NCBI GenBank assembly: GCA_946965045.2
Contig: OX337236.1
Coordinates: 558,001-622,000, forward strand
From: Epithemia pelagica
Taxonomy: Eukaryota; Protista; Bacillariophyta
Reading direction: 5' to 3'
DNA length: 64,000 nt
A program made the position numbers and the translations under genes. Positions 11,060 to 23,539 of the stretch are shown piece by piece. The stretch's first letter is position 1. Each line of letters opens with the position of its first letter. The notes beneath the pieces are model-generated. The model worked only from the letters and a program-made list of their open reading frames with translations. It was not told where the DNA came from and did no database searches.

Positions 11060-12373
11060 ATCTACCAAAACCCAAGTGTGGACGTCGGTGAGCCACACTC
11101 CGCGTCAACTGTTGTGTGCAAACGTTTGAAACTGCTAGTTTGGATGAGACAAGCCAACTTGTCTTGTTCAGATTTTATGGGGAGTTTGTATCGCAAGAGG
11201 ACACAAACGAAAACAACGCAAGCTCTTGCTCGTTCAGGTTTTCTCGCTTTCTCGGAGCTTCGTTCACAGGCAGAGTTGCAACATCAATCTCGGACGATGA
11301 TGTGTTGCCTTCTCTTGGATGTACGGTTGCCACCACAAAAGATCACTTCGGGAGCGACAAATCTAGCAAGTACGTTTGTGTGGTGGTGCTGCTGCTGCAT
11401 GCGCGATTGGCCGTTCGTGGTTTTTCTTCGAACAACGACGGAACTGCTGACTGACAGCGTACACGAGGCAAAATCTCTGCAGGACTACTGCCCCGCCCAA
11501 AAGGCCTCGCGTCCAGTGTCAGTCCGTCGCGCGAGAGTGCCCATCGATGTCGATGCCCGCGAACTGCGAAGGGAGCAGACCCAATGAGCCCAAAGCGCGT
11601 GCAATGCCGGAATCTGGATACCGCAGCCTTGTGCAGTGGCGGCATTCGATCTAACGAGTCGTTTTACACAAATGTTTATAGTATCACATACTATACAACT
11701 TATTGTACTAATATATGCTGAAAAGTGGAAATGCCCAACTCGTTCACATCTCATCAAAAAAACCTCCTGCCTCCTCCTCCCGCGGTGCACGTACCAACAA
11801 GGCGAAGTTCGAGAGTTCTGCTTTGGCAAAAGACTCCCAGTCCAAAGGTATGTTCCACACCATGCGTCTCATCTGCTCCGTCACCTGCGTTTGCATGAGC
11901 TTCGGAAGTCGACCATGGAAGGAAATGATGGAAAGGATCGGCACCATTGCACCTGTTCCATCAAACGCACCGTAGAGAAGGGTTGTTGTCATTCTGGTAC
12001 CTCCGGGTGATTGGCGCGGATGGGAGACCATTGCGAATCCCGTCGTTGCGATGTGCCGAACTTGTACTGTTGATCGTATAGTAATTTGTGAATTGCGCGC
12101 TGGAGATGTTTGGTGTAGGTTTCGGGTACTGATTGGGTCGATACATTCCGTAACAGCACCCGGGCTGCTGTCGCCGATCGTTCGGTTGCGGCCTTTCTGT
12201 GTCTCTTCTGGTTGTGGTGCGGCCCAACCTTTGTGTTGTGATTGTTGTTGCTGCTGCAGCCCTTGTTGTTTGATGGGACTGGACCTTGGTGTTGTGAGAG
12301 CGTCGATTGAGATTCTAACCGCAGCTGATCACTGTTTGATGTTAGGTTCAGGAGAGCTTTGCGTTTGTTCAAA

Positions 12374-15300
12374 ATGATGGCTCCGTTTGATGGACCAGGT
12401 GGTCCTCCGAATGGGCAAGTGGCACCACCTTCTCTGGCGCGGCCTCCTCCTATGCAACCCAATCAACCAAACCAGGGCATGCACCAACATCAAGGAGGAG
12501 GAGGTCCCATGAATCACCACGGAGGTCCGTACAATCATGGTGGTCATCGGGGATCCATGCAACAAATGCACTACGGAATGCCACCGCAGTCACCGGCTGG
12601 GAGACAGGGGTCGTACGGGGCTGCCAGAGGTATGCACGGAAACCAATTCTCCGGACATCCTCCATTACATTCACCACACCAACAAGGAGGTCCTCCAGGA
12701 ATGCCTCCCCACCCCGCCATGCACCAACAACCGCTTCATCACAACAACAACATGCCACCCTCACAACAACCACAGCAGCCACCAATGCGCGGTGGCGGAA
12801 TGCCCATGGGGCCACATGATCCCATGAGGACATCCAACTCAAACAATAGTCACAGCACTCGAGGACATTATGGTATGGACAACTCAAACAATATGGGAGG
12901 CTCGGGAAGAGGTGGTGGCAGCAATGCTCCTGCGGGGAGCTGGCAGAGTGAAAAGGACACTCCTCATAGAAGGGATATGATCCAACACATGTAAGTTGAC
13001 TCTAGTTTATCTCATCTGCGTGGAGAATACCGGAACTCATATTCGTGTTTCTCCAGTGTTAAATTGCTCAAGAAAGATAAGGGAGGATCGCCTGACTCGG
13101 TAAACAAGCTTCCTCAAATGGCGAAACAACTAGAGGTTTCTCTGTATAGAAATGCACGATCGTTCGAGGCGTACATGGATATGTCCACCCTGAAACAAAG
13201 ATTACAACAGATTGCCGTGGAAGTTTCGCGAAAAGCCCGCCATCAGAATGAACCCTCACGAGGTGGCGGTGGTCCGGAGTTTGTTCGGAACCGGCAGCGA
13301 CCTCCAGACCCTCCGATGAATGGTATGAACAACTCTATGAATGGCTCCAATTCACCTTATGGACGTGCAAATGGAATGGGTGGACAAATGGGGGACATGG
13401 GAGATTTAAATAACTCCATGGGTGGAAATAGTATGAATGGCAGGCAGAACAATGGCTCCCAAATGGGGTATGGTGGCGGTGGTGGTGGAGGCCGGCAGTC
13501 TTCTTCTTCTTCCTCTTCTCAGTCTGTTTTGGGAAATCGTTCGGACCCCGACTGGAAAATAAAAATACGACACAAACAACAACGGCTCTTGTTGCTTCAT
13601 CACTCGGCGAAATGCACAGCAGAAGAGGGTAGATGCACCGTCACGCCGCATTGTGCGGATATGAAGCGTTTATGGCGCCATATGGAAGGATGCAAAGACA
13701 ACAACTGCCGAGTACCACACTGCTTTTCCTCGCGCGCAATTTTGAGTCATTACAGAAAATGCAAGGATCCTGCGTGTCCAGCCTGTGGACCGGTGCGGCA
13801 AAATGTGAAACAAATGCGTGCTTCGTCCTCGTCCTCCTCTCGAATGTCCCAATCGTCCAACAGCTCGAATCCAATGATTGGTAGTATGCGGAACATGTCC
13901 GGGGCTTCGGGGCATATGAATCAACAGAATGATCCCTTGTCCATGCCTGGATCTAGCAACAGCTTTCCTCCGTTGGATTCTATGAACGATAACGCATCCT
14001 TCAACCAAAACTCGGTCTCTTCTTCCTCCACGTCGAGCCGAGCAAGAATGCCACCACCGGGAAGTTCCCGCAATGGCATGCAACTTTCACCCAACCATTT
14101 TCCAAACAACCAGAATAGCTCTTCGGTACAACCACTGTATGGAAGTGACAGACCGGGCAGTGATTCGAGGATTACATCCAGGTCTGATCCTAGACCGAAT
14201 GATCAATTGTCACGGTCTAGCAATGGTGGCGATCAACTCTCCACATCTTCTCGATCCGCAGGTGGGGATCCTTTGGCGTCCTCAAGGTCAACCATGATGA
14301 ATGGTGCACCGAATGATCTTCAACCAGCACCCCGGTCCAGTACCAGTGGTGGTGCCCGGAATGAAAGTGAATGGCAAAAGATTAGGCATAAACAGCAGCG
14401 TTTGCTGCTCCTACGGCACGCCTCGAGATGTCAGTATGAACCGGGTAAATGCCCGACGACTCCGCACTGTGCCAGCATGAAAAAGTTGTGGGAGCACATT
14501 GCCCATTGCAAGAATCAACAGTGCACTGTCCAACACTGTCTGAGCAGTCGATATGTTTTGAGCCACTATCGACGGTGCAAAGATCCCCGATGCCCCGCCT
14601 GTGGTCCGGTACGCGAGACGATCCGGAGAAGTCATGATCGCGAGAAAAGCACGGGAAGTCGTCCTCCAGGTGGCGTCCGGTCGTTTGATAGTTTGGGCCG
14701 CGACGAACCAAGTCCGCCGACCTCTAGTTCTCCCATCAATGAACCCGAGCCCAAGAGAACGAAACTGGATCACCCATCGCCTCAACCAGAAGTGCCATTG
14801 CTGGCCGATTCCCCTGTTTGTGTTCCGGTTCCACTTTCCTCTCAACCACCAGCTCCAGAACCAGAGCTTTCCAAGCCTGAAGTGGAGGAGCCTCCTCCAG
14901 AGAAAGCCATATCACGAACCGAGCCAAAAGTCGAGGAAGTCAGAAGCAAAGGCAAGAAAGATCCCAAAGTCGGAAAATCCGGTGCAGCTGACAGGTCTCT
15001 TCTGGAGAGCTTTACCGTGCAACAACTGCAAACTCATCTTTCGTTCCTCGAGAGAAAGGCCATGCTCCCACAAGCCAAGATCAAGTCAAAGTGTGGTGAG
15101 GTTCTCAAAGGTCTCCAGACGCATCAGCATGGATGGGTGTTCAATTGTCCTGTAGACCCAGACGAACTGGGCCTACCTGATTACTTTCAGATCATCAAGA
15201 AACCGATGGACCTGGGGACGATTCAGAAGAAACTGGATAGTGGATCGTACCATGCTATTGAAGAGTTCGCGGGTGACGTCTTTTTGACATTTGATAATGC

Positions 15301-17778
15301 CATGACGTACAACGAAGATGGATCCGTTGTATATGACATGGCCAAAGAATTAAAGACAAAGTTTGAAGTGGACATGAAAAAGCTCAATGCTCAACTTGAG
15401 GCAGATGACCGCGCCAAGCGGGATAATGAGCGGGCATGTGTACTTTGTGGTGCCGAAAAACGCTTGTTTGAACCTCCCGTATACTTTTGCAATGGAATGA
15501 ATTGCCAAAGCCAAAGGATTCGGAGAAATAGTCATTTCTACATTGGCGGAAACAATCAATACTTTTGGTGTAGCTCCTGTTACAATGAACTGGATGACAA
15601 GATTCCAATCGAGCTTGTCGACATGACGGTAATGAAGGGCGATCTGAAGAAGAAAAAGAACGATGAAGTTCATGAGGAGAGCTGGGTTCAGTGCGATACG
15701 TGTGAACGTTGGGTTCATCAAATTTGTGGATTGTTCAACACTCGACAGAATAAAGAGCATCACAGTGAATATTGTTGTCCAAAATGCCTTTGCGAAAAGA
15801 GGGAGAAGGAGAACACGCTGATAACACCACCGAAACCTCCTGCTGCGCAAGATTTGCCAAGAACGACTCTTTCGGAGTGGCTGGAACAGCAAATCGCTAA
15901 GCGGATAGTCAAGAGAAAGCGAGAGCTCGCGGAGGAAAAGGCGGGCACGGAGGTGAGTCTACATGTGTTGATCGTTTCCTGTCTGTATGGATTATCACTG
16001 ACAGTGTCTTTGTTCTGTAGGGTATTTCACTGGAAGAAGCAACTCGCGTTGTAGAAAGTGGAGGTGATGTAATAGTAAGACAAGTCACTTCTGTGGATAG
16101 AAGACTGGAAGTTCGCGAACTCATGAGAAAGAGATATGCTCACAAGAATTACCCAGAAGAGTTTCCATTTCGCTGCAAGTGCCTTTTGGTATTCCAACAA
16201 CTGGATGGAGTCGATGTTATTCTTTTTGCCTTATACGTGTATGAGCATGACGAGAAGAATCCTCCGCCAAACCAACGTGCTGTTTATATTTCTTACCTTG
16301 ATAGTGTTCATTTCATGCGGCCAAGAAAACTTCGCACATTCGTGTATCATGAGATCTTGATAGCTTACCTCGATTATGCAAGACGGAAAGGTTACGCCAC
16401 TGCTCACATTTGGGCGTGCCCACCGCTCAAAGGAGACGATTACATTTTCTACGCCAAGCCTGAAGACCAAAAGACACCACGTGATGGACGACTGCGACAG
16501 TGGTATATTGACATGCTTGCGGAGGCGCAAAAAAGAAATGTCGTTGGAAAGGTGACGAATATGCATGATTTGTATTTCTCCGACGAGAAGCTCGATGCCA
16601 CAGCGGTCCCATACCTTGAAGGTGATTATTTCCCTGGTGAAGTAGAAAATATCATCAAGGTTCTGGAAGAGGGTGGCACGAAGAAAGCAGGAGGTGGAGG
16701 CAAGAAGAAGAAAAGTAAGGTTAATAAAAACAAGGGCAGCACCGGCACCCGATCGAGTGGTGTCGACGAAGAAGCACTCATTGCAAGTGGTGCTTTTAAA
16801 GGTGTAACCAGCTTCAAGGATCTCGATAGGGATCAGGTTATGCTCAAGATGGGAGAAACGATTTTACCCATGAAGGACAGTTTTATTGTCGCGTTTCTGA
16901 ATTGGTCTGGTGCCCGTGAAGAGGACATGGCGGTTCCGGAAGAAGTCGAAAAAGCACGACTGGAGTACAATACGAAAGAAGACGGCGAACTGTCCGGAAG
17001 CAAGCGAGATGCGATCGGAAATGTTCGTGACCTGATTGGAAAGTTTCGAGAAGGCGTCAAGGTCATTGACGATGATGACGAGGATTTGGACTGTGAATTC
17101 TTGAATAATCGCCAGGCCTTCTTAAATCTGTGTCGTGGAAACCACTATCAGTTCGATGAATTACGCAGGGCGAAGCATACCTCTATGATGATTCTGTGGC
17201 ACCTTCACAATCGCGATGCACCCAAGTTTGTTCAGCAATGCGTTTCTTGTAGTCGCGAGATTCTCAGCGGCAAACGATATCATTGCAATATATGTCAGGA
17301 TTATGATCTTTGCCAAGATTGTTATAAGGATCCTAAAGCGAATCGTGGTTCCTGTACTCACGAATTGCAGGCAATTGCAGTCGAACCCGATACTTCGAAA
17401 GAAAGGAGCGGACTCACGGATCAAGAACGACAAAAGAGACAGCGCAACCTTGAACTGCACATCCAGTTGATTGAACATGCTTCCCGTTGTAAATCCAGTA
17501 CTTGTTCTTCCACCAACTGTGCGAAGATGAAGAACTACCTAAATCACGCTCGCCTCTGCCGTGTCAAAGTCCAGGGCGGGTGCCGTATCTGCAAGAGAAT
17601 ATGGACCCTTCTCCGGATCCACGCGCAGAGATGCAAAGACAGCAATTGTCCGATACCACAATGTAACGCCATTCGTGAAAAGATGCGCCAACTTCAAAAG
17701 CAGCAGCAAGCTATGGATGACCGTCGTCGTCTCGAAATGAACCGGCACATGCGTTATTCGGTGGCTGGCGGCCATTGA
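12374..17778 (+). CDS. CBP: CBP/p300 histone acetyltransferase; exons 12374-12990, 13057-15952, 16021-17778
   Basis: GT-AG introns join the frames. Domain order: KIX-like, two TAZ, bromodomain (WVFNCPVDP...[10 protein letters not shown]), RING/PHD, KAT11 HAT ([21 protein letters not shown]), ZZ, TAZ. Confidence 0.95.
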
Positions 17779-18546
17779 GTAATCATAGATAGACGAAACT
17801 ACCTATTACATTGTGATATTGAGACTGTAGAAAATGCTGAATTTTGATGACAAGACCATGGTTTTCTCCAAGATGACAGGGACTCCAAGCCTCTCTTTCT
17901 TAGAAGTTCGAACTTGACCCGATTGATGACTTGGACCGCACAAGATCATACATAGAGGGACTAGCGAAAGGAGACAACCACAACCAACACGCACGATTCC
18001 CCACAGAATTAGTTCACAGAATTCAGTCGCTCCTGTTCGAGTCGTGTCACGCATTCGTCCGGTGCATACGTCAAACGTCAAATACGAGTATCTACAGCGT
18101 CCCCGAATCGCCAATAGGTGGAACGATAACGCTGAAATAATCGTCGTAAACTTCAGTACCCTAAGTATTCTTCGTCACACATATTATCACTTAGGCATTC
18201 TTTTCAGTATGCCACGTTCAACGGCTATCAACGGATCGAGGGCTATTTGGCGACACGGTCCAAGTTTGCTTACATAGAGGTCTAACGAAGCTTCGTCCCG
18301 CGTGCACCCACCAATCTCCCTCCATCTTCACTCACCGAAACAGGACGAAGCCATCAGACACCATAACACTCCACACAACACTCAAAACATCCAACACTAG
18401 TTGAACGATCTTCTCGTTATCTCTCGGTTGAATCGAACGGTAGGTTGACCTTGACATGTTTGTCAACGGTTTCCAGAGTCGACAATCTCCCTCTCACAGT
18501 CAGTCGTTCCCTTTTTTTCAACAGACCACATCAAGAACAAGACAAC

Positions 18547-18681
18547 ATGGCGTACATTGGAAACAAGGCAAACGAAGCCATTGAGGCAAAAGTTTATGCC
18601 GAAGGTGGAACCATGGCTCTTTGGCAATACCGTGCCGCCAGATTCTTTCGCAAGGTGCAATCCTGCTCTTGCTTCTCCTAA
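18547..18681 (+). CDS. Candidate 44-aa microprotein (MAYIGNKANEAIEAKVYAEGGTMALWQYRAARFFRKVQSCSCFS)
   Basis: ATG in ACAACATGG context. It is preceded by a CA-rich, ATG-free leader with a plausible 85-nt intron (GTAGGT at 18440 to CAG at 18524). No other long ORF lies here. Confidence 0.45.
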   Translation: MAYIGNKANEAIEAKVYAEGGTMALWQYRAARFFRKVQSCSCFS

Positions 18682-19280
18682 AAGACTGGAACGAACCAAT
18701 GGATTGGATTGGATGAATCGTATAATCTTGACGACGACGACGACCGATCCAAATCTGTACCACACACCTCGGACAAGCACTGTCGTCCAGTAGTAGTTGT
18801 CGTCGACGAAAACAAATCTATTGTTCCGTTGTATATGGAGGACGGAGATGGCGTAACGAAGAAAGCTCATTGTATGGATTCTATTTAGTTGGTAAAATAC
18901 AAGGAAACTATTTTGATGCAAGACGTAAAATTTGTAGTCTCTGGAACTAATGCATGGTCCTCACCCGTTTCAGTTGGCCATCATGTAGGACGAGTGCGTC
19001 TTCTCAACTCTCAACTCTCAACAACAACTCCATAGGCAAGCGCAGAGCAAGGTCAAGGGTCAAGTCGGGTCCCAGCAATCGCGGGTTTCCCAGATTCACG
19101 CTTTGCACGCGCCATCACCTTCCGATGCTGCACTCGCACGCGTGCCGTACATTTGGTTTTGGCGCTCCGTTCTTTGGCGGCAGTGATCATCAAGGACGAC
19201 CAATATCGACACACACCAGAAGACACACTCGATCCATTGTCGCCTTTTCTCTCTCTCTCTCCATTCCGACCACCACCACC

Positions 19281-20264
19281 ATGCATCCCATTGAAGAAGC
19301 CTTTGGCCAGGGTTGCAATCTATATCAAGTGTTGAAATGTGAGAGGGATGCGGATGCTGCCCAATTGCGCAAGGCCTATTATCGCACCGCGCTCAAGGTC
19401 CACCCCGACAAGAATCCGGACAATCCCACAGCGGCCGCCCAAACCTTTCAAGCTCTGAGTTTGGCCTACCAAATATTGCAAAACGCCGACTTGAGAGCCG
19501 AATACGATGACACCGGTGTCATTCCCCACCATGACGCCGTCGCGGACCATGACAAGGACGACGACAATAAGGATGGCATGGATACCTGGAAGAATTACTT
19601 TGATCAAATCTTTGGTAAGGTAACCGTGTCCAAAATTGATGATTTTGCGCAAAAGTACAAGTGCAGTGATGAAGAAAAACGAGATGTCTTGAAAGAATTT
19701 GGCAAACGACGAGGCAATTTGGTCCAAATGTTGGAATTTGTCATGCTGAGTGACTTGCGGGATGCGGTCCGATGGGCCGACGATTATTTGCGACCCGCCA
19801 TGGAAACGGGACAAGCCAATGCTCAATTTCGAGATGCCATGGAACAGTCCTTGGTCAAGATTCAAAAAAAGATTGCCAAAGAAAATGCAAAAGCCAAACC
19901 AGAGGAGGAAGAGTCCGATACCGCAACCGAGACGGACGACGACAAGGACAAGGAAAGCGATTCCGAGCAACCACACAAGTCACAAACGTCCTCGTCCTCC
20001 AAGAAACGACGGACGAGCAAGTCGCTTTCATCCTCCACCAAAACAAAGAAAAAGGCAAGTCGTCGCAACAGCAGTAGCAAAAAGGAAAACAATATGGACG
20101 ATCTCATTGCCCAAATTCAAAACAAACATCGAGGAGGTGGTGCCAATGTCTTGGCCAATCTCGGCAGTCGCTATGGCGTGGCCATGGATCAACAAGATCC
20201 ATTGAGTGACGCCGAGTTTGCCAAAACTAGAGCCGCATTGGACAAGAAACGCAAACGACGATGA
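19281..20264 (+). CDS. DNAJC9: DnaJ protein, DNAJC9-like
   Basis: J domain with HPD (RKAYYRTALKVHPDKNP), YKCSDEEKRDV motif, and a charged C-terminus with NLS-like KKRKRR. Confidence 0.8.
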   Translation: MHPIEEAFGQGCNLYQVLKCERDADAAQLRKAYYRTALKVHPDKNPDNPTAAAQTFQALSLAYQILQNADLRAEYDDTGVIPHHDAVADHDKDDDNKDGMDTWKNYFDQIFGKVTVSKIDDFAQKYKCSDEEKRDVLKEFGKRRGNLVQMLEFVMLSDLRDAVRWADDYLRPAMETGQANAQFRDAMEQSLVKIQKKIAKENAKAKPEEEESDTATETDDDKDKESDSEQPHKSQTSSSSKKRRTSKSLSSSTKTKKKASRRNSSSKKENNMDDLIAQIQNKHRGGGANVLANLGSRYGVAMDQQDPLSDAEFAKTRAALDKKRKRR

Positions 20265-20428
20265 CGGTTTCAAGAGACTACCATCTACCATATATAATAA
20301 GAGACATAGATTGGTTCAGAATCTTTTAAAACACTACCTTATTTGATTCAACTCATTACATTAGCTAGAGCAACACAGAACAACAGATGCATAACAGTAT
20401 AAACCTTTAGATTACTAAAGAAACTAAC

Positions 20429-23011
20429 TCATCCACTTGTACGACCGGTAGTCGCCCCTGTCGACATGCTGTGATCATTGACACAATTCAGTGTGTCGGT
20501 AAGAAAAACTTTTGCACCCTTCCGATAACGATGCGTGTCAAAATCAACTAATTTCTTTTCTTGCTTGCCAAGATTGGTATGCAACAACTCACTGTGAACC
20601 CCGTAGACTTCCGACATTTGGTGGTCTTTTTGGATACTCCCAGCGAGAAGGGCTTGATGAATCCCGAATTCATCCTCATGAATCGACACAATTCTTCCCA
20701 CCACTTTCTCTTGTAATTCTTCCAAATTGGCCCCCAAAGCTGGTTCCAAAGTGTTAAAAGTATTTGTCAACTTTGCGTTTTCTTCCTCGGTCGAATCTTC
20801 GCCCGGTTTTAACTCAAGAGCTGCTTTGTTGTAATCATTGACATTCTTACGATCTTGCCCGACAATAGCCAACAGGACAAGCCCATAGTCCACCCCGCAT
20901 CGTTGAAGCGCCTTTAGTGATTTCGCAAGAGACTTCGCTGCTTCCTTTGGATACATTTCCGCATGGTTCTGCACTGATACAAAAACAGGAAGGTACAAAG
21001 TTATTTTCTCTTTCGTGACCACAGATACCGGCAAAACCAAATCAACCGCTTCTGTGTTGTTTGCACAGTAGATCGCACAGCCCTTCTCATACAAAGATTT
21101 AAGGAAAGTGTCACCAGCAAGGTATTTCAAGTCAAAGCATAATGGCTGGCGAAAGAACTGAATGCAATTGATTGAACATTGAATGTCCCTTTCCAGCGGT
21201 GTGCCAACAGTCTTTGTCGCATCCTTCTTTGCTGCATCCTCCTGTGTCACACCCTGTTTTTTATTCCCATCATTTCTCGTCACTATCTTCATCCACTCGA
21301 AAAAGTCCACCGAAAGCTTGTGATACGGCTTCCTTCCATCCTCGCTCTCAGTATTATTATTCTTCCGAAGCACGTCCCCACAGAACAAAAGATAGAGAGC
21401 CACTGCAACCTCCCCAAAGTCACCTCTTTCAGGCAAGCACAAACCATCCGCAAAGATTTCTCTAAACATTTTGGCAATGTCTGTTTTCAAAGCCCCATCG
21501 ATCTGCAATTTCATAAGGGGCTGACTTTCGAGCCTTGGTATTTTGGAAGGGTCGCACTCCAGGCTGTAGTCTTCATCCATCAAACACATGGCAATGCGCG
21601 CGCACACAGGATCCGGAAGGTAAGCAAATGATGCTTTGGAAGAGGAGTCAGAAAACTGTTAAAAGTCCGTGAGGTGGGCATATCCTTTTGCAACAAGCTC
21701 GGAGACGACAGAGGCTCTTGTTGGCGCCATTTGCACTCGAGTTGCCAATACGCTCAGACAAGCCTTTTTGTTAGTATGCCAGTTGTACCATTTGCCAAGG
21801 ACTAGTTTCAATGCAATCTCAAACTCATTGTGGTTGGTCAGTCCAGCTTCTTGTTCCTTGTGCAACAGTGCAAACAAGGGTCGGCTGAAACGAATCATTC
21901 GTTCGTATTCTGTACCCTCCTCGTTATTCAAATCAGTATTTGTTGCAAGACATCCCATTGTTCTTATATGAAAAAAGGGTGGAAAGGGAGTTCGAGCATC
22001 GCCAGTCGAAACAGTCTCCTCCTTTTCTGAAAAGAAGTTCGCGATAGCAGAGTTTGTCGCGGCCAAGACTACAGTTACACACATTTGTACTGGTCCGACT
22101 CCCTCTCTGGTGACTTCAATGCTTCTTTGACGAGTTGCCCAGAGGATCATTCGGAGAAGAAATCCATTGTTGCCAATAAGATGCTGCGCCTCATCAAAGA
22201 GCAACAGGCAATCATTCCCCTTACTTTTCTCACAAAGCTCAGTGATCCGGTCACAGATTCTATCTCTCTCGTCCCTTTGATTTGTGTCGTTGATTTTCTC
22301 CGGAACACGATACGTTGTATCGTATGAATCCTTTTGTTTGAGGGCCGGAGTCTTTCCTTTGTGGAGTAGAATCAATCTGGTACAACTCTTTCGGTGGGGC
22401 AAATGACGGATCGAGTGAAGGAGCCTTGATTTTCCAGTTCCGCTGGACTGGATGATGGGCAATAGTGGAGCCAGGTACTTATTTCGTACGTTTTCTTCGT
22501 AGTGCCACTGTTCGACGTTTGTAATGTTCTCGTCCAAGGTCTTGACATCCAGGTCGTGGACAAGTTTTGTTGTGAAACCAAAGTCCTGTTCGGCAAGCCT
22601 GACAGGAGCGGTTCTTGTCTCACCACGGATTGCATTGACAATGTCGATTTTATTGTCCTGCACGAACTTTAATATTTTGGCCTTCTCTTTGTCTGTGTAA
22701 TGCTCTCCAAACTCGTCATCATTGAATTGAAAGCGAAACTCTTTGAGGAAAAACTTGTCGGAATCATTTGCTATCCTCGTGTACACTGCGAGCTTGATGA
22801 GTCGTCTGAACTCGAGATCGGTAATACTACGGCGGTCGTATTTCTCAATCCACTGATTCCAATAGCTGGGATCCATCCAAATGGAGAGGTCATGGATAGG
22901 AATCTTTTCTGCTTCAAAGTCTGAATTTTGTGTTTGCCGTTTGTTGGGGGGTCGACCCTTTGTGGTTGCACTGCCGTCTTCTTTACTGTGCTGTGTTGAA
23001 GTACTCATCAT
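20429..23011 (-). pseudogene. P-loop NTPase plus putative REase-fold protein (Crinkler-like, about 860 aa), interrupted by in-frame TAA at 21659-21661
   Basis: The two listed ORFs are in the same frame, separated by one stop (KGYAHLTDF*QFSDSSSKASFAYLPDPVCARIAM). Walker A IIQSSGTGKSRLL, Walker B LLFDEAQHL, then GDFGEVAVALYLLFCGD and AVDLVLPV...VSVQN. Confidence 0.6.
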
Positions 23012-23201
23012 CAAACTATACTATACTGTATGTCGTTTCGTCGCTTCGTGGAATGGACATCATTTGCCCTATTCATTCGCGGACGGAACCGACCTCACGC
23101 CTGGGAAACACTCCCCGGTTGCCATGGAACAATTTTGCGGTTGACCCCCATTGTCGAGAGAGTTTGCAGAAAAGTTCTGTCATCAGGAGTTAATCATCTA
23201 T

Positions 23202-23539
23202 CAGTGACCCATGTGCGACTTCCATAAAAGATCCAGAATCTTTTTCGATGGGCCATGAGAATGAGAGCCGAGCATGAGAGCGCATCACACGTTGTTGGTA
23301 TCTCGTTTGGCCTGTGCATTCACGGCTCTTCTTCCCACCCAACCGTCTCGTCGTCCTCCTCCTTCTCTCCATTTGTGGTTGCCGGTGGTTGTGGTTTCTG
23401 CCGCTTCCTCCTCCTCTTCCTCTTCCTCCTTGACAACCAAAGCCGCACTCCCACAACAACGACAACAACACGGATTGACCATGTCGTCGTCGTCCACCAC
23501 AACTTGCAATTCCGACTCGAATGACAACAACCATGGTGG
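23202..23539 (+). repeat. Segment duplicated in inverted orientation at 30931-31260
   Basis: Shared TGACCCATGTGCGAC...AAAAGATCC, and near-identical GAGCATGAGAGCGCATCACACGTTGTTGGTATCTCGTTTGGCCTGTGCATTCACGGCTCTTCTT. Confidence 0.9.
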
